NCBI GenBank assembly: GCA_963847705.1
Contig: CAWKBC010000021.1
Location: 160,001-224,000 of the forward strand
Reading direction: 5' to 3'
Source of the DNA: an uncultured Pseudomonadota bacterium
GTDB lineage: Bacteria; Myxococcota_A; Polyangia; Fen-1088
Length of the DNA stretch: 64,000 nucleotides
Every line of letters begins with the position of its first letter. Position 1 is the stretch's first letter. The position numbers and the translations under genes were made by a program. Shown piece by piece: positions 49,850 to 60,269 of the stretch. Under the pieces are notes generated by a model. The model did no database searches. It saw nothing but the letters and a program-made list of their open reading frames with translations, and was not told where the DNA came from.

Positions 49850-50992
49850 ATGACCACCCAGCAGACGTCCACCCAGCAGACCTCCACCCAGACCCCGCCC
49901 GAGAAGACGAAGCAGGCCCCCGGCGAGACCGAGCGCGCGCGCGCCCTCACCGCCACCCTGGCCGACATCGAGAAGCAGTTCGGCAAGGGGACGTTGATGC
50001 GACTCGGGACCGGGGAGGCGACGGTGGAGGTGCCGGTCATCTCCACGGGGTCGATCGGGCTCGACATCGCGCTGGGGACGGGCGGGCTGCCGCGCGGCCG
50101 CATCGTCGAGGTCTACGGGCCCGAGTCGTCGGGGAAGACCACGCTGGCCCTGCACGTGGTGGCGGAGGCGCAGCGCCTCGGCGGCACCTGCGCCTTCATC
50201 GACGCGGAGCACGCGCTCGACATCGGGTACGCGCGGAAGCTGGGGGTGAAGGCCGACGACCTTCTGGTGTCGCAGCCGGACTGTGGCGAGCAGGCCCTGG
50301 ACATCACCGAGATGCTCATCAAGTCGGAGGCGGTCGACGTGGTGGTGATCGACTCGGTGGCGGCGCTGGTGCCCAAGGCTGAGCTGGAGGGGGAGATGGG
50401 GGACTCGCACATGGGGCTGCAGGCGCGGCTCATGAGCCAGGCGCTGCGCAAGCTGACCGCCGCCATCGCCCGCAGCCACACGCTGGTCATCTTCATCAAC
50501 CAGCTGCGCATGAAGATCGGCGTGATGTTCGGCAACCCGGAGACGACCACCGGGGGCAACGCGCTGAAGTTCTACGCCTCGGTGCGGCTCGACATCCGGC
50601 GGATCGGGGCGCTCAAGGACGGCGATCTGGTGGTGGGCAACCGGACGCGGGTGAAGGTGGTGAAGAACAAGATGGCGGCGCCGTTCCGCGAGACGGAGTT
50701 CGACGTCGGCTACGGCCAGGGGATCTCGCGGGCGGGCGAGATCATCGACCTCGGCGTGGAGGCGGGCCTGCTGGAGAAGAGCGGCGCCTGGATCGCCCAC
50801 CGCGGCGAGCGCCTCGGCAACGGGCGGGAGGCGGCCAAGGCATACCTCCTCGAGCACCAGGAGCTGCTGCGCCAGCTGCGGACCAAGCTGCTGGAGAAGA
50901 GCGGGATCGGCGGGAGCAAAGTTGCGGCGCAAGAGACCGACAAGGCCGAGGCGGCGGAGGCGCGGCCCGCCGCCGCGAAGAAGGCCGCGTGA
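49850..50992 (+). CDS. recA: recombinase RecA
   Basis: [45 protein letters not shown]; RBS AAGGAG. Confidence 0.98.
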   Translation: MTTQQTSTQQTSTQTPPEKTKQAPGETERARALTATLADIEKQFGKGTLMRLGTGEATVEVPVISTGSIGLDIALGTGGLPRGRIVEVYGPESSGKTTLALHVVAEAQRLGGTCAFIDAEHALDIGYARKLGVKADDLLVSQPDCGEQALDITEMLIKSEAVDVVVIDSVAALVPKAELEGEMGDSHMGLQARLMSQALRKLTAAIARSHTLVIFINQLRMKIGVMFGNPETTTGGNALKFYASVRLDIRRIGALKDGDLVVGNRTRVKVVKNKMAAPFRETEFDVGYGQGISRAGEIIDLGVEAGLLEKSGAWIAHRGERLGNGREAAKAYLLEHQELLRQLRTKLLEKSGIGGSKVAAQETDKAEAAEARPAAAKKAA

Positions 50993-51174
50993 GGGGCGCC
51001 TCGCTGACGATCTGCGACGCCCCGCCGGCGAACGACAACGCCTACACCGCCGGGCGGCCGGTGGTGCGCGTCCCCCGCGGCCGCGCCGACAGGACCTATG
51101 CCCGCTCGGAGAACGTCATCCTGCCGCTCCGCTTCGCGGAGCGAATGACCGGGTGGCAGCTGAAGCGCAGCTGA
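50989..51174 (+). CDS. small hypothetical protein coupled to recA
   Basis: GTGA overlap with recA stop, GC3-biased 61 aa, PANDN motif. Confidence 0.55.
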   Translation: MRGASLTICDAPPANDNAYTAGRPVVRVPRGRADRTYARSENVILPLRFAERMTGWQLKRS

Positions 51175-51290
51175 GCGAGAGAGGCCGCCGGGGCGGCAGA
51201 GAACGGCGTCCCTGCCGGCAGGCCTGGATCCCACCCTGTCTTCATCTCACCTTCGGGCGCGCCAACACCGGCGAAAGAGTGCGGAGAGAT

Positions 51291-51968
51291 TCAGTCGTCC
51301 GCGGTCGGCGGCGCCGGAAGGGGCTGGGTTCGAGCCGCGGGGAGCATCCCCAGGTCGGCCGCCAGGCGCACCAGCTCGGCCAGGTTGTGAAGCCCGAGCT
51401 TGTGGTTGATCCGGTAAAGGTGACTGTCGACGGTCTTGCGGGCGATGCAGAGCTCGCGGGCGATCTCTCGGGCCGGCACACACTGCGCGGCCAATCTGAA
51501 GATCTCCCGTTCTCGCTCGGTGAGGACCGTCAGGACGTCGTCGCTCTTGCCTCGCTGTTTTTCCAGGGTCGAGAGACTCCCGACCAGGGCCGGGGCCACG
51601 TAACGCTGGCCCCGACTGACGGTCAGGATCGCCTCGACCAGGGTCTCGGGCTCGTCGCTCTTGAGCACGTACCCGGACGCCCCGGCCTCGAAGGCATCGA
51701 AGACGTCATTGACCTGGTCGTGCGCGGTCACGATCACCACGCGCGCCTGCGGGACCCTCCGCCGGATCTCTCGCGTGGCCAGGACGCCGTCCATGCCGGG
51801 CATCGCGATGTCCATCAGCACGATGTCGGGTCTGACGGTGTCCACCAGCTCCAGGCCGCGGCGCGCCGTGCTTGCCTCTCCGGCGATCTCGAAGCCCGCG
51901 GTGCCTCCCAGCGCCAGGCGCGCGCCCATCCGAAACAGAGCGTGGTCGTCGACCAGGATGATCTTCAT
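51291..51968 (-). CDS. NarL/LuxR family response regulator
   Basis: LVDDH, DIVLMD, GYVLK, LTEREREI HTH. Confidence 0.92.
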   Translation of the reverse strand: MKIILVDDHALFRMGARLALGGTAGFEIAGEASTARRGLELVDTVRPDIVLMDIAMPGMDGVLATREIRRRVPQARVVIVTAHDQVNDVFDAFEAGASGYVLKSDEPETLVEAILTVSRGQRYVAPALVGSLSTLEKQRGKSDDVLTVLTEREREIFRLAAQCVPAREIARELCIARKTVDSHLYRINHKLGLHNLAELVRLAADLGMLPAARTQPLPAPPTADD

Positions 51969-52065
51969 CTGCCAGCAGGTCCCACAGGGCAGAGGGTACT
52001 CCGATGCCCGGCGTTTCGACGCCGGATTGTCGTCGGTCACCGCCTCGATGACCGCAATCACGCGC

Positions 52066-52165
52066 CGGGCGACCGGGGGCTCCCTGCGCGCGCACGTCGC
52101 CGCGCGGTTCCCCCTCGAGCGGGTGGCGGAAGCTCACCGCCACATCGAGACCGGCCGGACTTCTC
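52066..52165 (+). pseudogene. C-terminal remnant of a zinc-binding/quinone oxidoreductase
   Basis: GSLRAHVAARFPLERVAEAHRHIETGRT resembles the MDR C-terminal FPL..VAEAHR motif; no upstream gene body. Confidence 0.55.
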
Positions 52166-52254
52166 TGCTACGAAACAATTGCTCCCAACTCGTCGCTTGC
52201 TGATGGCGGGGCGCGGGCTATGAGATAGGGCGAGCAGTTGAGACAGGGGGGGCC

Positions 52255-54618
52255 ATGGCCGACGGACCACTTTCGACCGGGGAGCTGAACGCGCTCGATG
52301 CCTACTGGCGCGCGGCGAACTATCTGACCGTCGGGCAGATCTATCTGCAGGACAATCCGCTCCTGCGCGAGCCGCTCCGGGCGGAGCAGATCAAGCCGCG
52401 GCTCCTGGGGCACTGGGGGACCTCGCCGGGCCTGAGCCTGGCCTACGTCCACATGAACCGCGCCATCCGGGCGCGCGACCTGAACGCGATCTTCCTGGCG
52501 GGTCCGGGGCACGGCGGCCCGGCCGTCCTGGCCAACGTCTATCTCGAGGGCACCTACTCCGAGACCTACCCTGCGGTGACGACCGATGTTTCGGGTCTGC
52601 GTGCTTTCTTTCGGCAGTTCTCCACGCCGGGGGGCGTCCCCAGCCACGTCAGTCCGCCGACCCCCGGCTCGATCCATGAAGGTGGGGAGCTCGGGTACGT
52701 GCTCAGCCACGCCTTCGGCGCCGTCTTCGACAACCCGGGCCTGCTGGCGCTGGCGGTGGTCGGGGACGGCGAGGCCGAGACCGGGCCGCTCGAGGGATCG
52801 TGGAAGGGGATCAGCTTCTTGAACCCGGTGCGTGACGGAGCGGTGCTGCCGATCTTGCATCTCAACGGCTACAAGATCTCCGGTCCCACGGTCCTCGGGC
52901 GCTCGACCGACGCCGACATCGCGGCGCTGCTCACCGGCCACGGGTACGACCCACGCTTCGTCAGCGGCGATCAGCCGGCGGCGGTCCACCAGGCGCTCGC
53001 GGCGGCGCTCGACGGTTGCCTGACCACCATCGCCCGCATCCAGACCGAGGCACGGGCCGCCGGCAAGGTCGCCTCCCGCCCGCGCTGGCCGGTGCTCGTG
53101 CTCCGCACGCCCAAGGGGTGGACGGGGCCGAAGGAGGTCGACGGCGTGCCGGTCGAGGGGACCTTCCGCGCGCACCAGGTTCCGCTCGCCGAGGTCCGGA
53201 GCAACCCGGGCCACCTCGCCATGCTGGAGCGCTGGATGAAGAGCTACCGCCCGGAGGAGCTCTTCGACCAGGAGGGACGTCTGCTCGCCCCTCTGCGCGA
53301 GCTCGCGCCCAGGGGAGATCGTCGGATGGGCGCCAACCCGCACGCCAACGGCGGCCGTCTCTCGGTTGCGCTCGATCGTCCCGCGCTCGAACCGCACGCG
53401 CTCGCGGTGGAGCGACCCGGCGCTCTCAAGCACGAGTCGACGCGCCAGCTCGGGCTCTGGCTCCGCGAGCTCTACGGCCGCAACCCCTACAACTTCCGGC
53501 TCTTCTGCCCCGACGAGACCAACTCGAACCGCCTGGGCGCCGTGTTCGACGACGAGGACCGCTGTCTGGTCGAGCGGGTCGAGCCGGGCGACGACCACGT
53601 GGCGGCCGACGGTCGCGTGATGGAGGTGCTGAGCGAGCACAACTGCGAGGGGTGGCTGGAGGGCTACCTGCTCACCGGCCGGCACGGCCTGTTCGCGACC
53701 TACGAGGCCTTCGCGCTGATCGTCGCCTCGATGGCCACCCAGCACGCCAAGTGGCTGGAGGCCTGCGTCGACCTGCCCTGGCGCGCTCCGGTCCCCTCGC
53801 TGAACATCCTGCTCACCTCCACCTGCTGGCGCAACGATCACAACGGCTTCAGCCACCAGGGGCCGGGGTTCATGGACACCATCCTGTCGAAGAAGGGGAC
53901 GGTGGCCCGCATCTATCTGCCGCCCGACGCCAACTGTCTCCTCTCCGTCGCCGATCATGCGATGGCCAGCCACAACTACGTCAACCTGATCATCATCGAC
54001 AAGCAGCCGGAGCTGCAGTGGCTCGACCTCGAGGCGGCGCGCGCGCACTGCGCCCGGGGCGCCTCCGTCTGGCCATGGGCCGGCAACGAGGACGGCGGCG
54101 CGCCCGACGTGGTGCTCGCCTGCGCCGGCGACGTGGCGACCCTGGAGACGCTGGCCGCCGCCTGGTGGCTGCGGAAGAAGGCGCCGGGGCTCAAGCTGCG
54201 GGTGGTGAACATCGTCGACCTGATGGCGCTCTACGCCGCGTCGGAGCACCCGCACGGCATGACCGACGAGCGCTTCGCCGACCTCTTCACCGAGGACACC
54301 GACGTCGTGTTCGCCTTCCATGGCTACCAGGGCGCGGTCCACCAGGTCATTCACCGCCGCCCCAACCCGGCGCGCTTCCACGTCCGCGGCTACCGCGAGG
54401 AGGGGACGACCACCACGCCCTTCGACATGGTGGTGCTGAACGAGACCAGCCGATTTCACCTGGCGATCGAGGCGCTCCGGCGCGCGCGGCGGCCGCAGCC
54501 CGAGGCGGACCTCCTCATCGACGAGTGCCGCGCGATCCTGACGCGCCACCGGGCCTACGTGCGCGCGCACTTCGAGGACATGCCCGAGATCCGAGACTGG
54601 ACCTGGACCTCGCCGTGA
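52255..54618 (+). CDS. xfp: phosphoketolase (XFP/XPK)
   Basis: LLGHWGT, GPGHG, HEGGELG, GDGEAETG, LHLNGYKI, PDETNSN, DHNGFSHQ. Confidence 0.96.
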   Translation: MADGPLSTGELNALDAYWRAANYLTVGQIYLQDNPLLREPLRAEQIKPRLLGHWGTSPGLSLAYVHMNRAIRARDLNAIFLAGPGHGGPAVLANVYLEGTYSETYPAVTTDVSGLRAFFRQFSTPGGVPSHVSPPTPGSIHEGGELGYVLSHAFGAVFDNPGLLALAVVGDGEAETGPLEGSWKGISFLNPVRDGAVLPILHLNGYKISGPTVLGRSTDADIAALLTGHGYDPRFVSGDQPAAVHQALAAALDGCLTTIARIQTEARAAGKVASRPRWPVLVLRTPKGWTGPKEVDGVPVEGTFRAHQVPLAEVRSNPGHLAMLERWMKSYRPEELFDQEGRLLAPLRELAPRGDRRMGANPHANGGRLSVALDRPALEPHALAVERPGALKHESTRQLGLWLRELYGRNPYNFRLFCPDETNSNRLGAVFDDEDRCLVERVEPGDDHVAADGRVMEVLSEHNCEGWLEGYLLTGRHGLFATYEAFALIVASMATQHAKWLEACVDLPWRAPVPSLNILLTSTCWRNDHNGFSHQGPGFMDTILSKKGTVARIYLPPDANCLLSVADHAMASHNYVNLIIIDKQPELQWLDLEAARAHCARGASVWPWAGNEDGGAPDVVLACAGDVATLETLAAAWWLRKKAPGLKLRVVNIVDLMALYAASEHPHGMTDERFADLFTEDTDVVFAFHGYQGAVHQVIHRRPNPARFHVRGYREEGTTTTPFDMVVLNETSRFHLAIEALRRARRPQPEADLLIDECRAILTRHRAYVRAHFEDMPEIRDWTWTSP

Positions 54619-54646
54619 GCGACGCGGCCCGCCCCGGGGACGATGA

Positions 54647-55207
54647 CTACCCCAGGCCCCGGAGCCACTCTTCGCTGGTGACGACCTCCGCCTGGCGCAC
54701 GAAGACCTTTTCCAGCAGCACGCGGTGGACCTCCGGATCGGGATCGAAGCAGAGGTCGGAGAGCACCGTCAGGCGATAGTCCTTGTCGGCGGCCTCGCGG
54801 AGCGTCGAGAGCACCACGCCGCTGGTGGCGATGCCACAGAGCACCAGGTGCTGGACGTCCCCGCTGCGGAGAACGACCTCCAGATCGCTGCCGGTGAAGG
54901 CGCTCACCCGCCGCTTGGTGAGCACCACGTCGCCTTCTTCCGGCGTCAGCGCCGGACGCGGATCGATGAGAAACGCCGGGGTTGGCTGCTGCTTGTAGGC
55001 CCCGAACCCCCGGTTGCGGGCCGAGGCGTCGGGCATTCCAGGTCGGAAGCCGACCACCACGAAGCGCACCGGGATCGCCTGGCGGCGCGCCGCTTCGACG
55101 GCCGAGCGAACGCGGGCGAGATAGTCGTCCTTGTCGGGCAGGCGTTCGAGGATCCCGGGCTGCACGTCCATCACCAAGAGCGCGCTGTTCTGGGCGGGGT
55201 TGGGCAT
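54647..55207 (-). CDS. isochorismatase-family cysteine hydrolase
   Basis: ALLVMDVQ, KRRVSAF, GIATSGVVLST. Confidence 0.9.
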   Translation of the reverse strand: MPNPAQNSALLVMDVQPGILERLPDKDDYLARVRSAVEAARRQAIPVRFVVVGFRPGMPDASARNRGFGAYKQQPTPAFLIDPRPALTPEEGDVVLTKRRVSAFTGSDLEVVLRSGDVQHLVLCGIATSGVVLSTLREAADKDYRLTVLSDLCFDPDPEVHRVLLEKVFVRQAEVVTSEEWLRGLG

Positions 55208-55234
55208 GCACCGACGATAGACTGCGCATGCGAA

Positions 55235-55264
55235 TTGCACAAGTCACTTGCGCAAGTTACTTGC
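55235..55264. promoter_or_regulatory. overlapping MarR operator palindromes
   Basis: TTGCACAAGT-C-ACTTGCGCAA and GCAAGT-T-ACTTGC between divergent genes. Confidence 0.7.
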
Positions 55265-55295
55265 TTAGATGGCGCGCGGACGATAGATTCGGAGC

Positions 55296-55772
55296 GTGCC
55301 CCCGAAGTCCAAGCTCCCGGCGGCCGACACGCTGGCGGTGAGGCTGGCCGTCGCGCTCAAGCGCCTGCACGCCCGGCTCCGCGAAGCGGCCTGGTCGTCG
55401 GGGGTGGAGGTGCCGATCGCGCAGCTCTCCATCCTCAAACGTCTGCGGGACGGCGGGCCCACCACGGCGGCGGTCCTCGCCGCGGCCGAGCACGTGAGCC
55501 ATCAGGCCATCGCGCAGACGCTGGTGGCCCTCAAGCGCGCCGGGCTGGTGGGCATGGCGCCCGATCCCAACGACGGGCGGAAGAGCCTGGTGCGCATCAC
55601 CGCCCTCGGCCGTCGCCTGTTCGCCTCCGCGGTCGCCTCGCGCGACGCCTGGCTCGCGCACGCCATCGAAGAGACCGTACCGGCCACCGAGCGGTCCGCC
55701 CTCGAGCGGACCATCCTGTTGCTCGAACGCCTCGCCGCGGCCGATCGCCCCCGGTCTTCCGTGGGTGGGTAG
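55296..55772 (+). CDS. MarR family regulator
   Basis: LAAAEHVSHQAI...GLV..PDPNDGRK. Confidence 0.9.
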   Translation: MPPKSKLPAADTLAVRLAVALKRLHARLREAAWSSGVEVPIAQLSILKRLRDGGPTTAAVLAAAEHVSHQAIAQTLVALKRAGLVGMAPDPNDGRKSLVRITALGRRLFASAVASRDAWLAHAIEETVPATERSALERTILLLERLAAADRPRSSVGG

Positions 55773-55784
55773 GGGAGGGGGGCG

Positions 55785-57029
55785 ATGTCGCGCGTTCTCT
55801 CGCGCACCTTCCACGCGCTCCGGAACCGAAATTTTCGGCTCTTCTTCGTCGGGCAGACGATCTCCAACACCGGCAACGGGCTGACCAACGTCGCGCTCAT
55901 CCTGTTCGTTCTGCAGCTCACCCACAGCGGCTTCGCGGTCGGTGCGCTGGCCGCCTGTCAATTCGGACCGCTGCTCCTGCTCTCGGCCTGGGCGGGGGTC
56001 GTCGCCGACCGCGGCGAGAAGCGGAGCCTCCTGCTCCTCACGCAGAGCCTCGAGATGTTGCAGTCCGTCGGGCTGGCGGTGCTGGCGTTTCGTCCCGCCT
56101 CGCCCCATCCGCCGATGGTCGCGCTCTACGGTCTGGCGCTCGCCGGCGGCGTCCTGCTGGCCTTCGACAACCCGCTCCGCCGCTCGTTCGTGCCGGAGAT
56201 GGTCCCCAAGGACGATCTGGCGAACGCCGTGGTCCTCTACAGCACCATCGTCAGCGTCTCGCAGGTCTTCGGGCCCGCGCTGGCCGGGCTCATCGCCACC
56301 ACGCTCGGCTATGGATGGTGCTTCGCGCTCGACGCGGTCTCTTACCTGGCCGTGATCGCCTGCCTCTTGATGATGCGCGTCGCCGAGCTCTTCAGGGCTC
56401 CCCGGGCGCCGCGCACGGGCCGCGGGGTGCGCGACGGGCTGCGCTACGTGCTCTCGGTGCGTGACCTCTGGCTCAGCTTCGCGATGTTCGCCGCCGTCGG
56501 CACCTTCTCCTTCAATTTTCGCGTCGCGCTCCCGCTCCTGGTGACCCGCTCGCTCCATGGCACCGACGTCGGGTTCACCGCGCTTTACACGATCACCAGC
56601 CTGGGCGCGGTGGTGGGCGCGCTCCTGGTGGCGCACCGGAGGTTCGTCGAGCTTCGGCACGTGATCGGCGCCGCCTTCGCGCTCGGCGTGGCGATGCTCG
56701 TCCTCTCCGCGACGCCCAACCTCTATCTGGCTGCGCCCGCGGTGTTCCTGGTGGGCGGCGCGAGCATCGTGTTCATGACGGCCATCACCTCGCTGGCCCA
56801 GGTCGATACGCCGCGCGACATGATCGGCCGCGTACTGGCCTTGCAGACCGCGCTCATCGGCGGCACCGCGCTCGTCGGCGGTCCCATCGTGGGCCGGCTC
56901 GCCGACTTCGGCGGTGGCCGGGCCCCCATCGTCGTCGGCGGCCTCGTCTGCCTGGTCGCTTCGCTGGCGGCGCGCGCGGTGCAGACCGATTCATTCCGAT
57001 CTTCGAAACGGCCGGCCGACAATCAATGA
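55785..57029 (+). CDS. MFS transporter
   Basis: ALRNRNFRLFF, GVVADR, about 12 TM helices. Confidence 0.92.
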   Translation: MSRVLSRTFHALRNRNFRLFFVGQTISNTGNGLTNVALILFVLQLTHSGFAVGALAACQFGPLLLLSAWAGVVADRGEKRSLLLLTQSLEMLQSVGLAVLAFRPASPHPPMVALYGLALAGGVLLAFDNPLRRSFVPEMVPKDDLANAVVLYSTIVSVSQVFGPALAGLIATTLGYGWCFALDAVSYLAVIACLLMMRVAELFRAPRAPRTGRGVRDGLRYVLSVRDLWLSFAMFAAVGTFSFNFRVALPLLVTRSLHGTDVGFTALYTITSLGAVVGALLVAHRRFVELRHVIGAAFALGVAMLVLSATPNLYLAAPAVFLVGGASIVFMTAITSLAQVDTPRDMIGRVLALQTALIGGTALVGGPIVGRLADFGGGRAPIVVGGLVCLVASLAARAVQTDSFRSSKRPADNQ

Positions 57030-57080
57030 GTGGTCGCTCACCGCGTTCTGGCCCAGGAGGTATCGTGGGGGGGGCCAATC

Positions 57081-57536
57081 ATGATCGTCGGCGTCATCTC
57101 GGACACACATGGATTGTTGCGACCCGAGGCGCTGACTGCGCTTCAGGGCTCAGATCGCATCATCCACGCGGGTGACGTGGGCGGGCCGGAGGTGCTCGCC
57201 GCTCTGTCGGCGCTGGCCCCGGTCACCGTCGTGCGAGGCAACAACGATCGCGGCGCCTGGGCAAAAGCGATCGCGGCCACAGAGGTCGTCGAGGCGGACG
57301 GGCTGCTCATCTATGTCATCCATGACGTCAAGGAGCTCGACCTCGATCCGGTGGCAGGGGGATTCCGGATCGTCGTGTCTGGACACTCCCACCGTCCGGC
57401 ACAGGAGGAGCGCGACGGCGTGCTCTGGTTCAATCCGGGCAGCGCGGGCCCGCGCCGGTTTCAGCTGCCGATCGCGGTCGGTCGCCTCACCATCGCCGGC
57501 GGCGTGGCCCGCGGGGAGATCATGACGATCGGGTGA
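57081..57536 (+). CDS. metallophosphoesterase (YfcE family)
   Basis: SDTH, HAGD, RGNND, GHSH, NPGS. Confidence 0.92.
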   Translation: MIVGVISDTHGLLRPEALTALQGSDRIIHAGDVGGPEVLAALSALAPVTVVRGNNDRGAWAKAIAATEVVEADGLLIYVIHDVKELDLDPVAGGFRIVVSGHSHRPAQEERDGVLWFNPGSAGPRRFQLPIAVGRLTIAGGVARGEIMTIG

Positions 57537-57728
57537 GGGTGAGCTCCCGCCGCCGCGGGCGGTCGTCTTCCAGCTCGTGCAGACATGCAGTCTCCCTTTG
57601 CAAAGCTGATGTTGGTCGGTGCGACGGGCAAGCCTGCGGGCTATCTCATCGCAGAATTCGATCGTCGGGGTTCACCGGCGACAACTTCGCGCGCTCGCCC
57701 ACCGAGAAACGGTAAGCTGAGGCGCCCC

Positions 57729-60239
57729 GTGCAGCTCGTCATCGCCGAGAAGCCATCCGTCGCGCGCGATCTGGCGCGCGTGCTCGGCATCCGCGGCACC
57801 GGCAAGCACGCCCTCGAGGGGCCCGGGCGGGTCATCACCTGGTGCATCGGCCACCTCGTCGAGCTCGAGGAGCCCGCCGCCTACGATCCGGCCTGGAAGG
57901 CGTGGCGGCTCGACACGCTGCCCATGCTGCCCGCCACCTTCAAGCTGCGCCCAGTCCCGAGCACGCGCGATCAGCTGCGGGTCGTGCGGGAGCTGCTGCG
58001 CGATCGGCGCTTCAACGAGGTGGTGAACGCCTGCGACGCCGGGCGGGAAGGTGAGCTCATCTTTCGCTACGTCTATGAGCTGGCAGGCAGCCGCCTTCCG
58101 ATCAAGCGCCTGTGGATCTCGTCCCTCACCGACGAGGCGATCCGGGCGGGCTTCGCCCGGCTGCGCCCCGGCGTCGAGCTGGACGCGCTGGCCAGCGCCG
58201 CGCGCTGTCGCTCGGAGGCGGACTGGCTCGTCGGCATGAACGCCACCCGGGCCGTCACGGTGAGCTCGCGGGCCGCCGCGCCGCGCCCCCGCCTGGCGCG
58301 CCCGCCGCGCCGCGGCCAGCGTGGGCAGAGCGACTCGCCGCTCTATTCGATCGGCCGCGTGCAGACGCCGACGCTGGCCATCCTGGTGCGGCGGGAGCTG
58401 GAGATCCGGCAGTTCCGGCCGTGTGACTACTGGGAGGTGCGCGGGGTGTTCGCGCCCGCGGGGGCAGAGGGCGAGGCGGCCGAAAAAGTGACCGCCACCT
58501 GGGGCGTCGCGCTGCCGGACGGCAAGGCCATCCGCTCGCGCCTCGGCGCGCGCACCCTGGCGGAGGAGATCGTCGCCCGCGGGGCGCTCGCCGCGGGTGG
58601 GCCGCACGGCGCCGTGGTCGAGCGGCTGCGGCAAAAGCGCGTGCGCGAGCCGCCGCCCCTGCTGTTCGATCTGACGTCGCTGCAGCGGACCGCCAACCGC
58701 CGTTTTGGTCTGTCGGCGACGGCGACGCTGGCGGCCGCCCAGGCGCTGTACGAGCGATACAAGATCCTCACCTACCCCCGGACGGACTCGCGCCACCTCA
58801 CGAGCGACCTGGCGAAGGAGCTGCCCAAGCTGTTCGGGGCGCTGGCCGCGCTGCCCGACTACGCGCGCTTCGCGGCGCCGCTGCTCGCGAGCGCGCCCGC
58901 GCGCTCGCGCCGCGTATTCGACGACGCCAAGGTGAACGACCACCACGCCATCGTCCCCACCGGCAAGCCCGTGCGGCTCGAGGAGCTGCCCCAGGATGAG
59001 CGGCGCATCTTCGATCTGGTGGCGCGGCGCTTTCTCGGCGCCTTCCACCCCGACGCCGAGTTCGCGCTCACCGACGTCGTCATCCGCCTCGGTCCTTCGG
59101 AGGCCCCGTCAGACCGCGCGCCGCGCGCCGCGGCCGAACCGGGCGACGCCGATCTGGCCGCGGGCGCCGACGAAACGCTGGTCATGACGTTGCCGCCGCC
59201 GCCCGATCGCTACCGCGCGCGGGGACGGGTGCGGCTCGTCGCCGGCTGGCAGGACGTCGCCCAGCTCGGCCAGCCCGCTCGGCCCGGTCAGTCCGGCGCG
59301 ACCCAGGGCGAGCGCGGAACCCGCGGCGACGTCGGGGACGGCGAGGGTGGGCCGACGCTGCCACCACTCGCGGAGGGACAACGCCTGGAAGGCAAGCTCG
59401 AGCTTTTGACCAAGCAGACGCGCCCGCCCCCCCGCCACACGGAGGCGACGCTGCTGGGCGCGATGGAGTCGGCGGGACGCGACATCTCCGACGAGGAGCT
59501 GCGCGCGGCCATGCGCGATTCGGGCCTGGGCACGCCCGCGACGCGCGCCGCGACAATCGAGACGCTGGTCCGGCGGACCTTCGTGGCCCGCGACGGGAAG
59601 AACCTCGTGCCCACGGAGATGGGCATCGGGCTCATCGACGCCCTGCCCGAGAAGAGCCTGGCCTCGCCCGAGCTGACCGGGAGCTGGGAGGCGCGCCTGG
59701 CGCGCATGGCGCGCGGCCAGGAGACGCGCGCTGCGTTCATGGCGGACATCTCCCGCTACGTGAGCGACGTGGTGACCGCAATCCGCGGCGGTGCCGGCGT
59801 CGTGCAGGCGTCGGGAGCGAGGGCGCCGCGCCCCCCGCACCTCGCGACCGGCGCGTCGGTCGCCTCCGGGACCCCGCCCAAGCCAAGGGCGGCACCCCGG
59901 GCGCCGGGCGCGAGCGCCGCGCGCGCCCTCGCGCCGGCCGGAGGGACACCCGTGGCCGCGACGCTCGGTTGCCCGCGCTGCAAACAGGGCGTCCTGGTGG
60001 CGGGGAATCGTGGTTGGGGCTGCGCCCGTTGGCGCGAGGGGTGCGCTTTCGTGATCTGGTTCGAGATCGCCGGGCGCCGCATCACCGAGGCCGAGCTCAG
60101 CGACCTGGTGTCGAAGGGGAAGACCCGCAAACGAAAGTGGCGCTCGGTCGCAGGGACGGAGATCGGAGGCCGCCTGGTCCTGGATCTGTCGGCCACCCGC
60201 GCCGCGGGCGCGGCCCGCCTCGACGCGCCCGGCGAGTAG
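57729..60239 (+). CDS. topB: DNA topoisomerase III
   Basis: IAEKPS, DAGREGELI, GRVQTPTL, TYPRTDS, GLGTPATRA, C-terminal Cys ribbon; GTG start at 57729. Confidence 0.93.
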   Translation: MQLVIAEKPSVARDLARVLGIRGTGKHALEGPGRVITWCIGHLVELEEPAAYDPAWKAWRLDTLPMLPATFKLRPVPSTRDQLRVVRELLRDRRFNEVVNACDAGREGELIFRYVYELAGSRLPIKRLWISSLTDEAIRAGFARLRPGVELDALASAARCRSEADWLVGMNATRAVTVSSRAAAPRPRLARPPRRGQRGQSDSPLYSIGRVQTPTLAILVRRELEIRQFRPCDYWEVRGVFAPAGAEGEAAEKVTATWGVALPDGKAIRSRLGARTLAEEIVARGALAAGGPHGAVVERLRQKRVREPPPLLFDLTSLQRTANRRFGLSATATLAAAQALYERYKILTYPRTDSRHLTSDLAKELPKLFGALAALPDYARFAAPLLASAPARSRRVFDDAKVNDHHAIVPTGKPVRLEELPQDERRIFDLVARRFLGAFHPDAEFALTDVVIRLGPSEAPSDRAPRAAAEPGDADLAAGADETLVMTLPPPPDRYRARGRVRLVAGWQDVAQLGQPARPGQSGATQGERGTRGDVGDGEGGPTLPPLAEGQRLEGKLELLTKQTRPPPRHTEATLLGAMESAGRDISDEELRAAMRDSGLGTPATRAATIETLVRRTFVARDGKNLVPTEMGIGLIDALPEKSLASPELTGSWEARLARMARGQETRAAFMADISRYVSDVVTAIRGGAGVVQASGARAPRPPHLATGASVASGTPPKPRAAPRAPGASAARALAPAGGTPVAATLGCPRCKQGVLVAGNRGWGCARWREGCAFVIWFEIAGRRITEAELSDLVSKGKTRKRKWRSVAGTEIGGRLVLDLSATRAAGAARLDAPGE

Positions 60240-60269
60240 CAGGGCCCGGAGCGCCCGGCGCGCGCGCCG

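Noticed and set aside
33000-51200. Prophage, integron or ICE
   Set aside because: No integrase, transposase, phage structural genes or att repeats recognised
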